Below the pieces are notes generated by a model. That model did not search any database. It saw nothing but the letters and a program-made list of their open reading frames with translations, and had not been told where the DNA came from. A program made the translations under genes and the position numbers. Positions 24,810 through 38,289 of a DNA stretch of 60,011 bases are shown piece by piece. Location of the stretch: contig NC_068985.1 of NCBI RefSeq assembly GCF_001194135.2, positions 124,812,430 through 124,872,440 of the forward strand, read 5' to 3'. The DNA comes from Octopus bimaculoides (taxonomy: Eukaryota). Each line of letters opens with the position of its first letter. Positions within the stretch are counted from its first letter, which is position 1.

Positions 24810-25549
24810 CATATGTGCATAGAATTATTATGCTTTTATTCGTTTCATATTTATATCTTCGAGACACCAGGCTATTCGTCTAAGAAAAGGTATTTGTATT
24901 TTTGTTTGTTGTAATATTTAAGTTCAATAAATTATAGTACATATTGTTTTTAGTTTTCCCCAAACTTTCATTTAGTTACCTTGTACTACACATAAAGCAA
25001 AGTCGGTGCGGTGTTTGGTCAATTTATAGACTGAAATGCTTGAGATCATAGATCAGAAGTTTATATGTACCCATGATGCTATTGCAGAAGGAAACAGTTC
25101 TATAGTCTACATGAATGAAAGTTGATAGACATTTCTTCTATGTCCAATACAATCTAAGTGAATAACTTTCAACATTCATAGTACAATTTTGGCAGCTTTT
25201 TTCAACCCAGTCAATATATATATACATACACACACATACACACATATGCACCTACTATATATATATATATATATATATACGCACACACGCTCAGAAACAC
25301 AAATTATTACATACACATGTTTACATGGATGAAGTTTCTGGTTAGTTTCATATATTCGTAGATTTCCAGAAGCTGGAATTAAAGTTTTATTTATGTCTTG
25401 TTTATTTGGCCATTTTATAAAAACATTTTCATTTATTTAAACAATTTTTGTGTTTATTTTTCTCCTTTTTTCTCTCTTTTTTTCAGAGAATATTGACAGA
25501 ACAGCAATTTGTCAAATTATATCGAGAGAGAGAGAAAGAGAGAGAAAGT

Positions 25550-25590
<41 letters not shown>

Positions 25591-25753
25591 GGAAGGGGAG
25601 AGAGAGAGAGAGAGAGGGTGTTGAATTTATGTAGAAAAGTCTGGGTAGAAGAGAAAAGAACAAGGCAAAGAAGGAAGAAAGGCGAGAAGAATGAGAGGGA
25701 GAAAGAGAAAATGTGTGTGTGTGTATGTCTGTGCTCATACATTCACAGACACA

Positions 25754-25842
<89 letters not shown>

Positions 25843-26204
25843 ACTCACACACACACACACTCACACACTCACACACACACACACTCACACATACACACAC
25901 GCACACACACACTCACACACTCACACACACAGAGACACACACACACACACACTCACACACTCACACACACACATGTTTTTATGTCGAGTTTACTTTTTGG
26001 AGGGTACATATTTATTATTCTTAAACAAGAATAGTGTAGACTGTGACTTCGAAGTCTTGGCCTGTTTAGCTAACACCAGATACGTAAACTTATATATTTG
26101 CATCTAACTATCCATTTTTCGTATAAATGGTTTTATGGCCAGTGATACTTACAGACGAAACTTCGAAGTCACTGTCAATAAGATTATTAATACCTGTTCT
26201 ATAC

Positions 26205-26590
26205 TTTCGAGGGAGGGGGTAAGTCGAGTAGTCAACTGTTACTCATTTTATTGACCTCGACGGAGCTTGAGCTCAGAACATGAAGACGGATGAAATGCCG
26301 CTAAGCATTTTGCCTTGCGCAGTAACAATTTTGTCTGCTCGTTGCCTTCTTTCTTTCTTTAATCATTTTTTTTCAGGCGGCGAGCCAGCAGAATCGTTAG
26401 CCCGCCGCGAAAAATGCTTAGTGGCATTTTGTCCGTCTCCACGTTCTGAGTTCAAATTCCGCCAAGATCGACTTTGCTTTTATTCTTTTGGGGATCGATA
26501 AAATAAGTATTAGTTGAGCACTGAGATCAAAGTAATCGACTAACTTTTTTTGCCCGAACTAGCTGGCTTTGTGCGAAAATTTGAAGCCGA
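26205..26590. mobile_element. Two family A SINE copies in divergent (inverted) orientation
   Basis: Minus copy at about 26205-26348 and plus copy at about 26376-26590, with about 28 bp between the heads. Confidence 0.8.
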
Positions 26591-26773
26591 TATTAATATT
26601 TCTTACAAAGATATCCTTCATATGTATGTGTGTGTATATATCGTCTTTATGTTTTCGTTTCTCATTGTTTAACGTTTTCTTGTGATGTCCTGTACCCATA
26701 TATGCATGTATGTATACATATAGAAGTAGGTATGCACATATATGTATGGATATATGCATATATTTATATATAT

Positions 26774-26813
<40 letters not shown>

Positions 26814-26869
26814 AGTATACACACACTACACATTCTTGGCTTGGCTTCGCGAGCAAAGATTTACAGAGA

Positions 26870-27340
26870 GGAATGTCCATGTCTGTTCCAGGCTTGCTAA
26901 TGCTCAACGAGTCCGATTCGGGACAAACAAGCACGACCACAAAGGATGCATGGAAGGGTTTGACCTTAGTGTCCTTGTTTTTCCTTCTTTTTTTTTTTCT
27001 TGTCTCCCAGGATGGTCCTGCGAGTGTCTTCAAAGAAGGCTGGTGCTTTGAGACCAGTGAAATGCCAGGCTTCAAGGTCAGCGACAAGAACAGATCACTG
27101 ATATGATCAACGTCACAGGTAACGAGAGATTTCTTTAGAGAGTCCTTGTACCTCTTCTTTGGTGGTCCTTTATTACGGTGACCAGAGGAGAGTTCGCCAT
27201 TCGACGTGATCTTGGATCGACCATCCTGGTGACGTGTCCTGCCCAGGGTAGCTGTGTCTGCAGCAGAGTTGCTTCGACGCTGATGACCCTTTGCCTGCTC
27301 AAGGACCTCGAAGTTAGTGACGAAGTCACACTAGTGGATG
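26870..27340 (-). mobile_element. RTE (BovB-like) LINE 3' fragment
   Basis: DFVTNFEVLEQA / SVEATLLQTQLPWAGHVTRM / SGHRNKGPPKKRYKDSLKKSL / FEDTRR / CILCGRACLSRIGL, matching the RTE ORF2 C-terminus. Confidence 0.88.
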
Positions 27341-29485
27341 AAGGGGATGATGCAAAGGCAACGCTGAGAGAATCGCTTGTAGGTGGTGTAAATAGAAGCC
27401 CCACGACTCCCTTCAGACAAATGACTGAAAGAAGTAAAAAAATAAAACACACACACACACACACACATATACATACGCACATATTCACGTAGAAATTTGT
27501 CATAGTTTTCCCGTAATTATACTATCATTATATGTAGAAGTCTCCAGCAAACTACCTTCGTTTGAAAATAATGCAAGTCAGAAAACAAGGGAGGGAAAAG
27601 GTATGAAACGCATTAAAAGATCAGAACACGTGAACAAACATTTCCTTCATTAAGTTATAACATTCTGAAATACACCAAATTGTAAATCCTGACCAATGGG
27701 TGTTGAGACATGCCTATGAATAAATGGTTTGTTTACTTTTTATTTCATGTTTTTCACTTTTTGCTAATGTACTTAGCAATTGCAGTGAAACATTTACATG
27801 AATGTTAATACAACTCTTTTCCCCCTTTGCATGCAGGAAAATAAAGTGATAACATTTAAATAAAAAAAGAAACTGAAAACGAAAGAAAAAGAAAAAAGGA
27901 AAAGAAATGAAAGTTGTTGATGCTGGTGGTGGCGGGGAGGCAAGCTGCAGAAGATGGAACAAACTTGATGCGGTGTGTTTTACGTTAGTGATAAATTTTG
28001 AAATTTCAAGTTTGAGTTACTATAACAACGACGCTGGTTTGTAGCAACATTCGGAGTTAACTTTGTTGTTTAACTTTTCGTAGTCTTCTTCAACTAATCA
28101 AAGGTATTAGCTGCGGAGCCTACTGGAATTTCTGTTGTTTAGTCGCTTTAAAAAGGAACAGTCCAAAGATATATATATATATAGCACGCACAGAATTTAT
28201 GAATTTTGTTCAAGCAATATACGACTGACGGATTTCTGGGTGTGAAAGAAAATAACAAAAGCAGCAAATAGTCCACTCCTTAAAAACGTGACGAAAGAAA
28301 TAGGAAAGTAAAAAACAACGAAACAAACTAAAATATATATTTTTCTTATGTCCTACAAATTATGTTGCTTATTTAATAAGAACCCAATTCCAAACATTGA
28401 AGTTAGAATTTCTAGCTACGACTAGAAACAAAACTTTTCGAATAAGTAGACGACTTGCTGATGGTTGAAGTGTGATGTCACCTTACAACAAGATGTTTTC
28501 TATCTGATTAAGAAAGAATTAATGATTTTGTTTGAATATTGATCCTGACATATTGCCTTTCTCTTTCTTTTCATTTGTATTCCTCTCCTATTCACAAGAT
28601 CTTATAAAGGCTTCTCATTTTCACTTCTTCAATAATTATTAACATTTTTATTATTGTAAATACTCGGAAACACAGTTGAGTTAAGAAAGAAAAATAAATA
28701 AAGAATTCAGAAGTGATAAATCTTTTTAGTTCACAGAATTTCAACTAAATAAGTCTCTGACTTTTGTTAAGAGGTTTTCCACAGATAAAGGCCTGGATTT
28801 TATTTCCGAAGAGTAAATCAGAGAGAAAAGGTCCCAGAGAATCATAGAGACAAAGACAGACGAGCACGCGGATAAATTCCAGAATGATTCATCTAGCCCC
28901 GATATTGATGTTATTTTGGCAGTTTCTGACTTTGTTATTTATACTAACTGAAATCTTTATTAAACATTATGTGGTAAGTGTACATTTCTTTATTGGTGTG
29001 CTTGGTGATTAATGGTTTTTGTCGTGGTTGGTGTTGTTATTAAACCCCACTCCCGATCACCCTGGATTGAGGAGAAATATTAAAACCAGAGGTATTCTAG
29101 CCAATATCCAATGCATTTGTTCTTCCTTGTCTAAAACAGTGAAATGTGGTTTGCCATAGATTTGGCTGCTTTTTCTAGCAAATATTTGCAATCAAATATA
29201 GGCTCATCTGAAAATTGTTGTCAGTGTTGCTTACTTCCAGGCTTTTATTACGTCTTATTTGGTTTTTCGAATGGTTGTGAAGTTCATTTCAGCCCCAAAA
29301 AGACGAGATCCTATTCACAGGAGGTAAGCTTCTCCTCATCGCAGAAATAATCGTATCCATACTCGTACTTATTTAAAACCACTTTGAAAAGATTTTAGTG
29401 TCTTTTTTTTATTTTTACGTTATGAATTTGTTTTGCAAAATTCCTGATGTGAAACTGTGTTGAAACAGCTATTGTATTTCGGGAC

Positions 29486-29929
29486 GGTTATTTTTTTTAT
29501 TGCTAAATAAACACGCGCAGTGTATATTCGTTCTTCATTCGTTTATTATTGATCTTATTTTATCTTACGTTCATTGTCTGGATATCTTTCATCACACATC
29601 TGTCACCTCTTCAGCGGCTCTTCCATCCACGTGTATCTTTCTGTTCTGTTTAGTCCATTCTGTCTTTCTATGACGTGTATCCCTATCTGCCAGGTAAGGA
29701 TTACACATCATGGATACACATCTGTCAGATAAGGATATACATCATAGAGAGACAAAATGGACTAAACAGAACAGGAGGATACACGTGGATGGAAGAGCCA
29801 CTGAAGAGGTCACAAATGTGTGACGAAAGATTTCCAGACAATGGACATAAGATAAAATAAGAACAATAATAAACGAGTCAAGACTGAATATATACTGCGT
29901 GTGCTTATTTGGCAAGAAAAAATATAACG
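29486..29929. repeat. Long foldback inverted repeat (probable palindromic MITE)
   Basis: Arms 29486-29693 and 29722-29929 are reverse complements along their whole length (roughly 85% by eye), with a 28-bp spacer. Confidence 0.88.
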
Positions 29930-30171
29930 ATATTTTTTTTACTTTTCTCAAATGTCTACAGGTCGCCTTAATCTTCCATCCGGTCTCCATACACGCAAGT
30001 GGATAGGTTTGTACTGCTGTATAGGGCTGTCTCGCTTAATTGGGTCCTGCTGTTGTTGCTCTTTTCTAAGGTCAAGCGTGTTGTGTGTCATGCTCTTTTG
30101 CTTTGTTGAAATGTCATCATTTGTTTTCATATTTTGCAATTCCTATGTGATCGTTAATATTTTGTGATATT

Positions 30172-30384
30172 AAGGCGGTGAGCTGGCAGAATCGTTAGCA
30201 AGCCGGGTAAAATTCTTAGCGACATTTCGTCTGTGTTTACGTTCTGAGTTCAAATTCTGCCGAGGTCGATTTTGTCTTTCATCCTTTCGGAGTCGATAAA
30301 TTAGATACCAGTTGAATACTGAGGTCGATATAATCGACAATCCCTCTCTTCTGAAATTGCTGGTCTTCTGCCAAAATCTGAAAC
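30172..30384 (+). mobile_element. Full-length family A SINE with 17-bp TSD
   Basis: Head GGCGGTGAGCTGGCAGAATCGTTAGC through core to tail. TAATAT(T/C)TTGTGATATT lies at 30155-30171 and 30385-30401. Confidence 0.9.
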
Positions 30385-30749
30385 TAATATCTTGTGATAT
30401 TCGTTTTAGTTAGATAATTATTTTGTTCAATGTAACTTCTTTTGAGCGCGGTCCCCGTGTAATGTGGAACTGAAATAAATCTGGAAATAATTTTAAAAAC
30501 CTGACCTTGTCTAGCCGCGGTAGAGGATCCAAAATGTTCAATAAAAGTTGCTGTTTGAAATAATATCCAAATAACAAGTGAACTGCAATTAATATTCCTT
30601 TCTGTTATAAGCACAAAGACTGAAATTTTGGGAGAGAGGTTTAGACGATTACATTAAACCCAATATGTGACTGGTACTTATTTCAACGACTCCGAAAGAA
30701 TGAAAGGCAAAGTGGACTTCGGCAAAATTTTAACTCAAAACTGCAAATA

Positions 30750-33680
30750 ACTATAATAGCTTCTTAGCGTCTGATGAGAAGGACATTACAAGGATATTTT
30801 GCAATTTGTGTGTGGGAGTTTAAATATTTAAAAAAATGAGGGGAAGAAAATAAGAAAAGTATGCACAGTATACAAAATGTGAAACCATGAATGATGCCTC
30901 CAGCTTAGATAAATCAAGGGACTCCACAGATCCACGGTCTACCTGACCACGAAGTGCACAAACTCTCGCCGATCTCTTATTCTCTACTCTACAGTCGCAT
31001 GCTTAGAGTAGTTCCTTTCGACCTGACCATTTTTGCCAGTCACCCACCTTTTGAAAAATTCGCTTGGGGAGAGCACATCGCTCTTCGCCCTCACTTTTCT
31101 TTTCAAGTGAAATATGAAAAAGTTGATGAGGGCCCGACCAAATAAAAAGGTATCTGTGCTTAACCCTGTCAGACTCGACAACCACACATTTTTCGCCATA
31201 GCTACCAAATAGTGGAATAATGCCTGTCCTACAGGGCGGTCTTCATGATGGACCCGGCCGATAGCCGAATTTGTTTTGCTCGCAACAACATCTGTTCAAC
31301 ATAACTGCACATGTGAACAATGCTCTGAATATTGCACGAGTGAGTGCAGTAGTTTTGTCTTACTGCACACATTTCGGACAGTTTCTCTTGGTGGCTCTTG
31401 CGCGCTTGCAGAGTTTATCTCGAACCAGTAGTGCCCTTAGGTAGCACTGCCAGGTCAAGGACTTTGGTAAGCTACGCAACATATTTCCTAACTAGAAATT
31501 CTTTTGAAACAATTCAGCTAGTTTGTCTTCGTCGATGCCTAGAGTTTCCCTGAGGTTACCTTTCTTATCATGATTATCGCTCTATATATTGCTAAAGTGC
31601 AACTTCTCTCGACTGCATTACTCGACTGGTAGATAGCAGATGTCAGGCGCCCAAATGATCTGCTCTTGACATATGACTGCTGCTTCATTAAACAAATAAG
31701 TTGCAGGAAAACTTGCATTAGAAACGGAGACCATACCTGTTCACCGTGGAGTAAACTCTGCAAGTGATGCAGCAGTTTTAGCGCGTGTCTGCACAGTAGC
31801 AGCCACAACAATCCGAGTCCGCTTTCCTGAGGGTGTTGGCAACAGATGAACCGCCTAACCACTGGGACGCGTCCCTTCTACAGGAAGCAGAGAAGTAGAT
31901 GGTCCAATCTGGCCAAACGAGTCCTGGAGCAAGGCTCAATAGTTAGACTCTGAAAACGGGTCTGAAACCGGCCGCTTTTAGACCTGTTGCTAAGTAGTGA
32001 CAGTCAGCCTATTAAAAGCTTTCGACTGATCGAAATAAATTAGTGCCCAACCAAAGTCAGATTTATTTCCCATTCTCTCTATGAAGGTTCACATGAAGTA
32101 GAAATGCTCTAGATGGATCTATCGGGGATCTCAGACATTTGTACTTCCTCAATCACTTCACTGACATCAAGTTCCAACGTATCTACTAACACCTTAGCCA
32201 AAATCTTAAGCCCTGCATTTAGCACGGTCATAGACCACAAATTCTCTTTAATGTCCTCTTTGTTGGCGTCCTTACTCAACAGCGTGAACACACCGTCATC
32301 TACAGTACAGGAAATTCTCTCATTTTGCAATCAGTTTCCGGTAGACGTTCGGTAGGAAGTCCCCAAACAAGTAAGGCATGAAACCATAAAAATCATAGTG
32401 CAGACCATTTAAACGAAGCGATTTGTCCTTGGCACAATCACTCACCACCACCTGTATCTCAGTTGCTATAATTAGCCTTGTACCTTATACCGAGAGCCGC
32501 TACAGATTGCTGAGGTAGGCACTGAAATCCATTGCCTTATTTGACCTGTCGCTTACTCCAAACAGTCGAGCAAAAATTGCTGTTGGAATGCCACATACAT
32601 CTGCTTTGAATCGAATAGTACGCGCCCATATTGTTTCGTCAAATCGTGGCTTTGTTACCACATCGTACTTTACCAGCTGTGCCCACCGAAAGGCATTCAT
32701 TCCGTCTTGTTTTATTGCTCGAGTACTATCTCTGGCAACGCAGTTTTTGTGTTTCGTATTGAAGAAACGGTTGAGGGTCATTCTTGCCGCTAGGACGTCA
32801 GTCACTTCTTCTAGCTTGCTATTTTGCTTCCTCTCTAATCTATTTCTCTCTCACACTAGCAATTTTCTAAATGCTTCCAACTTATATTTAATCGCTCCTC
32901 TTAAGGCCAGCCCATCACCTGTTGTTGACAATTGTCCCATTAAGTGATGCTTGACTAGCTTACTAATTTACCTCTGTAGCCCTTGCGCTCGGGGAAAGAC
33001 TCATCCAGTAACTGGATGCTTGTCTATGAGTTCTTTCTAAGTCGACAGCGCAGATCACAAAATTTGTGGACTGTGTAACTGACCAGTTTAAAATACGCTA
33101 TTTCTATTTGATAAACTGACGAACACTCTACTTGGTACGATCTGGGTGGCCTTTTGTGTGTGCTATTTGTACACGCTGGCACATTTGAGAGATTCAGTTG
33201 GTACCTATCAGACAGCTGAAAATGTATGAGTCTAACCGACACAATCCCATCGTGCGTCTAAAATGCAATTCCAGTTTCCTACTAGTAATAAGAAGTATGT
33301 CCCCTCAACGTTTCGTAGACGTCTAAAAACGTCTAGTCATCCTCCGGTGATCGCATAGATGGCTTCTAGTTTGAAGGTACTGTCTTTACTATCTTTTACA
33401 TCCAAAATCACTGGCTAAAGGACTGGTTCCAGGATGATTATTTCTAGCTCTAAGCATAACGATTGTCAGAAAATCACGGCCACTCCAGTGTCCATTTCTC
33501 TCAGGCCTCAAGAGGAGTGTACCTTGTCAAAAATGGGATTGATTGCATGCATTTTAGAAATTCTGATCTCGATAAAGGCTACTATATCTATGTTTAGTGA
33601 GGCCGTTGAACAAGTTATCTTGCTTCAAAAGGGACATCAGAAAATGTAGCATTTGCACACCCTACTTTGAGTGACACCAA
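30750..33680 (-). mobile_element. Decayed L1/Tx1-clade LINE ORF2 (APE endonuclease, RT, C-terminus) plus 3' UTR
   Basis: Minus-strand motifs occur in the expected order: DIVAFIEIRI, VILDVKD..FKLEAIYA, LLVGNWNCILDAR (APE); NLWSMTVLNAGLKILAKVL..EVIEEVQ...PDRSI (RT); VRRFICCQHPQESGLG; FLFGRALINFFIFHLKRKVR. Many stops and deletions; boundaries approximate. Confidence 0.85.
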
Positions 33681-34286
33681 TTTGCTTAAGAGAAAATAGG
33701 AGAATTTACTCTCCTTCGTCATTGAGAAGGCGGATAGTCAGTATCCTTTTCTAGAATCCCTTAAAAGGTCCTTGTAATAGAGTCTTGTTATAAAAATCTC
33801 AGTATTCCTTGAGAAATTTTCCAAGAGAGTACGTTAAATATCTCTTGACGTTTTTATTGATGATTAATCTGTCTTTAAGGATTTTAGGAATAACATTTTC
33901 TCAACTTCTCCTCTTGTTTCCGTTTAGTCTTTATATTTTTGTCCGTAGTCCTTCCGACCACTGTTCATTTTGTTTATAATGTTGAAATTGATGACTTTTT
34001 TGTGTGTTTGGTAGTTCGCTGTTGCTGTTGTTTTTTTGTTGTTGTTGAGCTTGAGGGTTTTCATGGTGTTTTGGGTAACATAGCAGGTTTGCTTCTTGTG
34101 AAGGTGATGGCAGTTTTGAGCATTGTTGCTTTCGAGAGAACATGAAAGAATTCTTCTTTGGAAAATTGGACCTCGTAGTGCATCCCTTAAAACTATAAAT
34201 AATAACGTAAATATTAGGTTGAGAATCCCTTTCGGATAGAGAAAGTCGTTGTTTAGGTAGGGGTATTGGTAGATCAAAATGTTGTA

Positions 34287-34347
<61 letters not shown>

Positions 34348-34514
34348 CCAACCTATCTGTCTGTCTGCCTACCTGCCTTGCCTGTATTTTATGTGACTGT
34401 CCGTCTGTCCGTCTAACCATCCACCTGCCTGTCGGCCTGCCTGCTGGTCTGTCTGTCTGTCTGTCTGTCTCTGTATGTGGATATATACATACATGCATGC
34501 ATGCATGCATACAT

Positions 34515-35980
34515 AGGAAACTACCGAATGGAAAATCACTGGGGAGAGGCCAGATAGTAGGTTACTCGTACAAGAATCTCACGATCTACAGGGAGATTCT
34601 CAGGAACATGTTGAAAAAAATAGACGCGAAGCTAGATATACTAAATTGGTTGACGGATTACTATTGTCCCTAAGAACAAAGAAACCCGTGTGGCAAAAAA
34701 CTACAGAGCCATAGCATACTTGAACACTGAGTACATACTGCATACAGGTTGTCTGAATATGCTTCTCTAAGACCATTGCAAAACAAATGGTGTGATAACT
34801 GATGAACAGACAGGAGGAAAACGAAGAGCCTGGAGCTGTGCTGGACACCTCCTCATTAACAAAGTTATCTTGAAGAAAACTAAGTGACAGTAATCTCTTA
34901 ACAATAATCTCTCAACAATACGGATAGACTACGAGAAGGCGTTCGACTCTGTTCTACGCTTATGAATGGTAGAATCATTACAATAGAACAAAGCACTGAC
35001 AACTACTTCAGCAATACCTATGGTTACAAACAGAATTAAGTTATCAACAGGTATATTCCACGGTAATAGTTTATTTGCAATATTGTTTGTTAACAAAATG
35101 CCAAGGCTACATGATGGGATATGCCAAAAAAAAGATAAAATTAATATCACCAAGACATTTTTTGTTGATGATCTAAAGTTATATTCTGGTTACAAGAACA
35201 ACATCAAAAGACAATTAGTCACAACATTCTCACTGGACATAGAAACAGTTTGGGCGAAATAAATGCTCATACATGACAGTCAACGAAGGAATGGTTATCG
35301 ACCAGACAGAGAACGTATGAATCACTGGCTTATCTAATTTCCCTACCTCTTATGATAAAAACTATAAATATCTCGGAATCGATGATGCTGTGAGTAAAAC
35401 CAGAATAAGAAAAGAGTTCTTCTGCAGACTCCGAAAAATATAAAACTCAGAGCTGCTTGTATTTAACAAGGCCTTTGCAGCACCAGTGCTCGTACTAACA
35501 TTTGGAGTATTCGACTGGACAATTATTGAGATCCGCAGCCTGGGTACCAAAACTAGAAAAATACTGACCACCACTGGTATCAATAGCAGCACAGATATGA
35601 TCTATGTGAAACGAAGAGATGGCAGCTGAAGCATAAAAGCATAATGTCAATCCAAATAGTCTTTCAATGTCACATTGTAATACTGAGACAACGACTGCTG
35701 AGCAGTAAAGAAAGAAATGAGTACATTCCATTCATACTCAATATGAAAACAATAAAATCTTCAGAGTAGGGTAAGAAGTGATGAGCAGATACAACTGACT
35801 CATGCCACTCAAAGGAGGCTAGACTGGCCTTTGTATCTATCATCGTACGTGAATTAGGCTACTTACCTACAGATTTACACAAAAACCTGGAAATACTAGG
35901 TTTTTCAAAGAAAGAACAAATTAAACTAAAGCGCTTTCTCCAAATCTGAAGTATTTGCAACACAAGGAAGATTTGTGTGA
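34515..35980 (+). mobile_element. Decayed R4/Dong-like LINE reverse transcriptase
   Basis: PKNKETRVAKNYRAIAYLNTEY, EQTGGKRRAWSCAGHLLINKVI, IDYEKAFDSV, TGIFHGNSL, FFVDDLKLYS, YKYLGI, FGVFDWTIIEIRSLGTKTRKILT. Confidence 0.85.
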
Positions 35981-36608
35981 CATTACAAAGATTCTCCCTC
36001 TTAGAGTCTTTAGATGAGCAGTCGCGCACTTTTGAGTGTGTGTTTCAATCAACACAACAATTCAATCACATCTTTGCAAACACCAGGAACTCTCTTAACT
36101 CAGAACGTTTTGTCACTTTGCTAGCGACCAGTTTGAACTCTCTCAAGAACTTGAATAAAACTCAAAAAGAAACGGCAGGAGGTGGTGGCGACCCCTGTTG
36201 TATTCTTTCGCCCCAACTTTCTTCCTGTTTCTTGAGTAAAAAGCTGCGATGGACTGGCGTCACGTCCAGCTCGGGGGAACACATACGCCATAGAAACCGG
36301 GAAACCGGGCCCATGAGCCTGGCTAAGCTTTGAAAGGGTGACGCTTTTTTTTGTTGTTTATATATCTGTGCGTATGTGCATGTGTGTGTGTGATTGAAAC
36401 TGATAAAATAAATGCTATTTACAATAAATATTTGCAGTTTTATTTTGAATAAACTACCAGCGTGTTTAGAGCAAGACTTTTGAAAGATGTCCTCCTGCTT
36501 CACTGCCTCTGACCATCATTCACTCTCACTCCGTTTGTTGTTTGAGTCTTCTTTCGCTCTAGCATGACCGACGGGTCACATTGCGTTTTATTATATACAA
36601 GATAACAA

Positions 36609-36822
36609 CGGAGCGAGCTGGCAGAATCGTTAGCACGCTGGACAAGAATGCCCAGCGGTACTAAGTCCGTCTTTACGTTCTGATTTCAAATTCCGCTGAG
36701 GTCGACTTTTCCTTTCAATCTTTTGGCGTTGATAAAATAAGTATCAGTTGAAAACTTGGGTCGATGTAATCAACTAGTCCTCTCGCCCGAAATTGCTGTC
36801 CTTGTGTCAAAATTTGAAATCA
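36609..36822 (+). mobile_element. Family A SINE
   Basis: Head GCGAGCTGGCAGAATCGTTAGCACGC, B-box-like GTTCTGATTTCAAATTCC, and core. Confidence 0.85.
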
Positions 36823-37598
36823 ATAACTATAATAAATAACAATAAAAAAAAATATCGCTTCCAAAATCAAAATATATTATTAAATAAATATTATTATTTT
36901 TTTTATTTATTTAAGAATTGTCCCAATCCAAAGCGTGGTGGAAACCAACAGGTATGATATTTTATTTTAAAAAGAAATGGAATAAGTGGCTGAGAACCTT
37001 CCTGAGCCTGTTTGATGATGGATGTGTATGGTTATAGCTAAAGCGGCTAATGAAGTGCAACGGGTGGGGGGCGGAGGTTGGCATAAATTTAAAATGGAGA
37101 AGGATGAAAGTTTTGGTAAGGGGCGATTGTAGAAGAGTTTAGTGTTGAGTTTTAGAGAGTGGCAAGTGGTGGAAGTAAAGATAACATTTGTGGGTTTAAG
37201 TGGGAGCAGTACAGAGTCACTAAAATTCAGAGGAGCAGTAGCTGTTGTAGTAGAAGAATATAATCTTTATATACAAATTTATAAAGGTCACAAAAGTGAC
37301 GGAGGGTACTGACCGGCACCAGCTATCGCTAGAAACAAGAGTTAGAACAACTCAAAAGCCACAAAGCGCTGTACTTAATGACTGACTAAGGGAGGTAAGC
37401 CTCCAGCGTACATAGTCGAATCGATCGATTTCAGATTTTGATTCATAGCATCAGCGACTCATAACACCTAGGGTTAAACTCAACTAGCTCTGTCAGTTGT
37501 ATAAAAAAAACCGTTGAAAACCTGTGCTGATTTTCAAAACAGTAAAAGTGTAGACAACAAATTAAATGGGTGGCTTATTAGCAATTTGAATGTAAAGG

Positions 37599-37690
37599 CA
37601 AAATTAATAGAGATCACTAAAGTGACCAAAATTAATAGAGGTCACTAAAGTGACAGAGGGTAAAATTAATACTGGTCACTAAAGTGACCA
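37599..37690. repeat. Three tandem units, each containing the palindrome G(G/A)TCACTAAAGTGAC(C)
   Basis: AAAATTAATAGAG(A/G)TCACTAAAGTGAC-type unit repeated three times; the palindromes start at 37612, 37640 and 37674. Confidence 0.85.
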
Positions 37691-38153
37691 GCACCAGTTA
37701 TTGCTAGAAACAAGAGTTAAAACAACCCAAAAGCCACGATTAAGATGCTATGCACCAAAACCCGAAATCGTACAATTAATCGTATAATTAATTATTATAA
37801 ACAGCTGGGCGCAATATAATACCACAAAGGAACATTCAATAATCACTGAATGTGACTAAGTGTGCTGAGACACCTACATAGACGCCTAGATTGTATTGTT
37901 GTATTGTTGGAAGTGCGCTGACAGGGGAAGAAAACTCCTAATGAGCGAAGCGAGAATCTATCGGACTACACGGTACGCTTCATCAGTGAAAGCCGCCCTA
38001 TCGACTGGTGTTGGCTAATTCCGCTTGTCAGCATGTATGTATTTACCATAGAAATCTATGGATGATTTAGCGGAATGCCAATGCGTATACAAAAGATTAA
38101 TAGGCGCAATATAACACCATAAAGGAACATTCAATTTCAATCGTCATTGAATA

Positions 38154-38206
<53 letters not shown>

Positions 38207-38289
38207 TCTATATAAGTGACATAATGATTTGGAAACTTAAGAAATGTCCGTAAGTAGCTGATATATTACATTGTGAGCATGATATGGTG

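Noticed and set aside
26037-26177. 17-bp inverted repeat around ACTTCGAAGT
   Set aside because: Short, partly self-palindromic and without a matching TSD; insufficient to call a MITE.
28787-28975. Exon-like segment (ccacag...gtg|gtaagt) with IKAWILFP, reminiscent of OGFr IQWLFP
   Set aside because: All three frames contain stops and the resemblance is too short to distinguish from chance.
37674-37707. Helitron-like 3' end (16-bp hairpin 14 nt before CTAG)
   Set aside because: CTAG is followed by A rather than T, and similarity to the copy at about 37315 continues past CTAG, so it is not a terminus.
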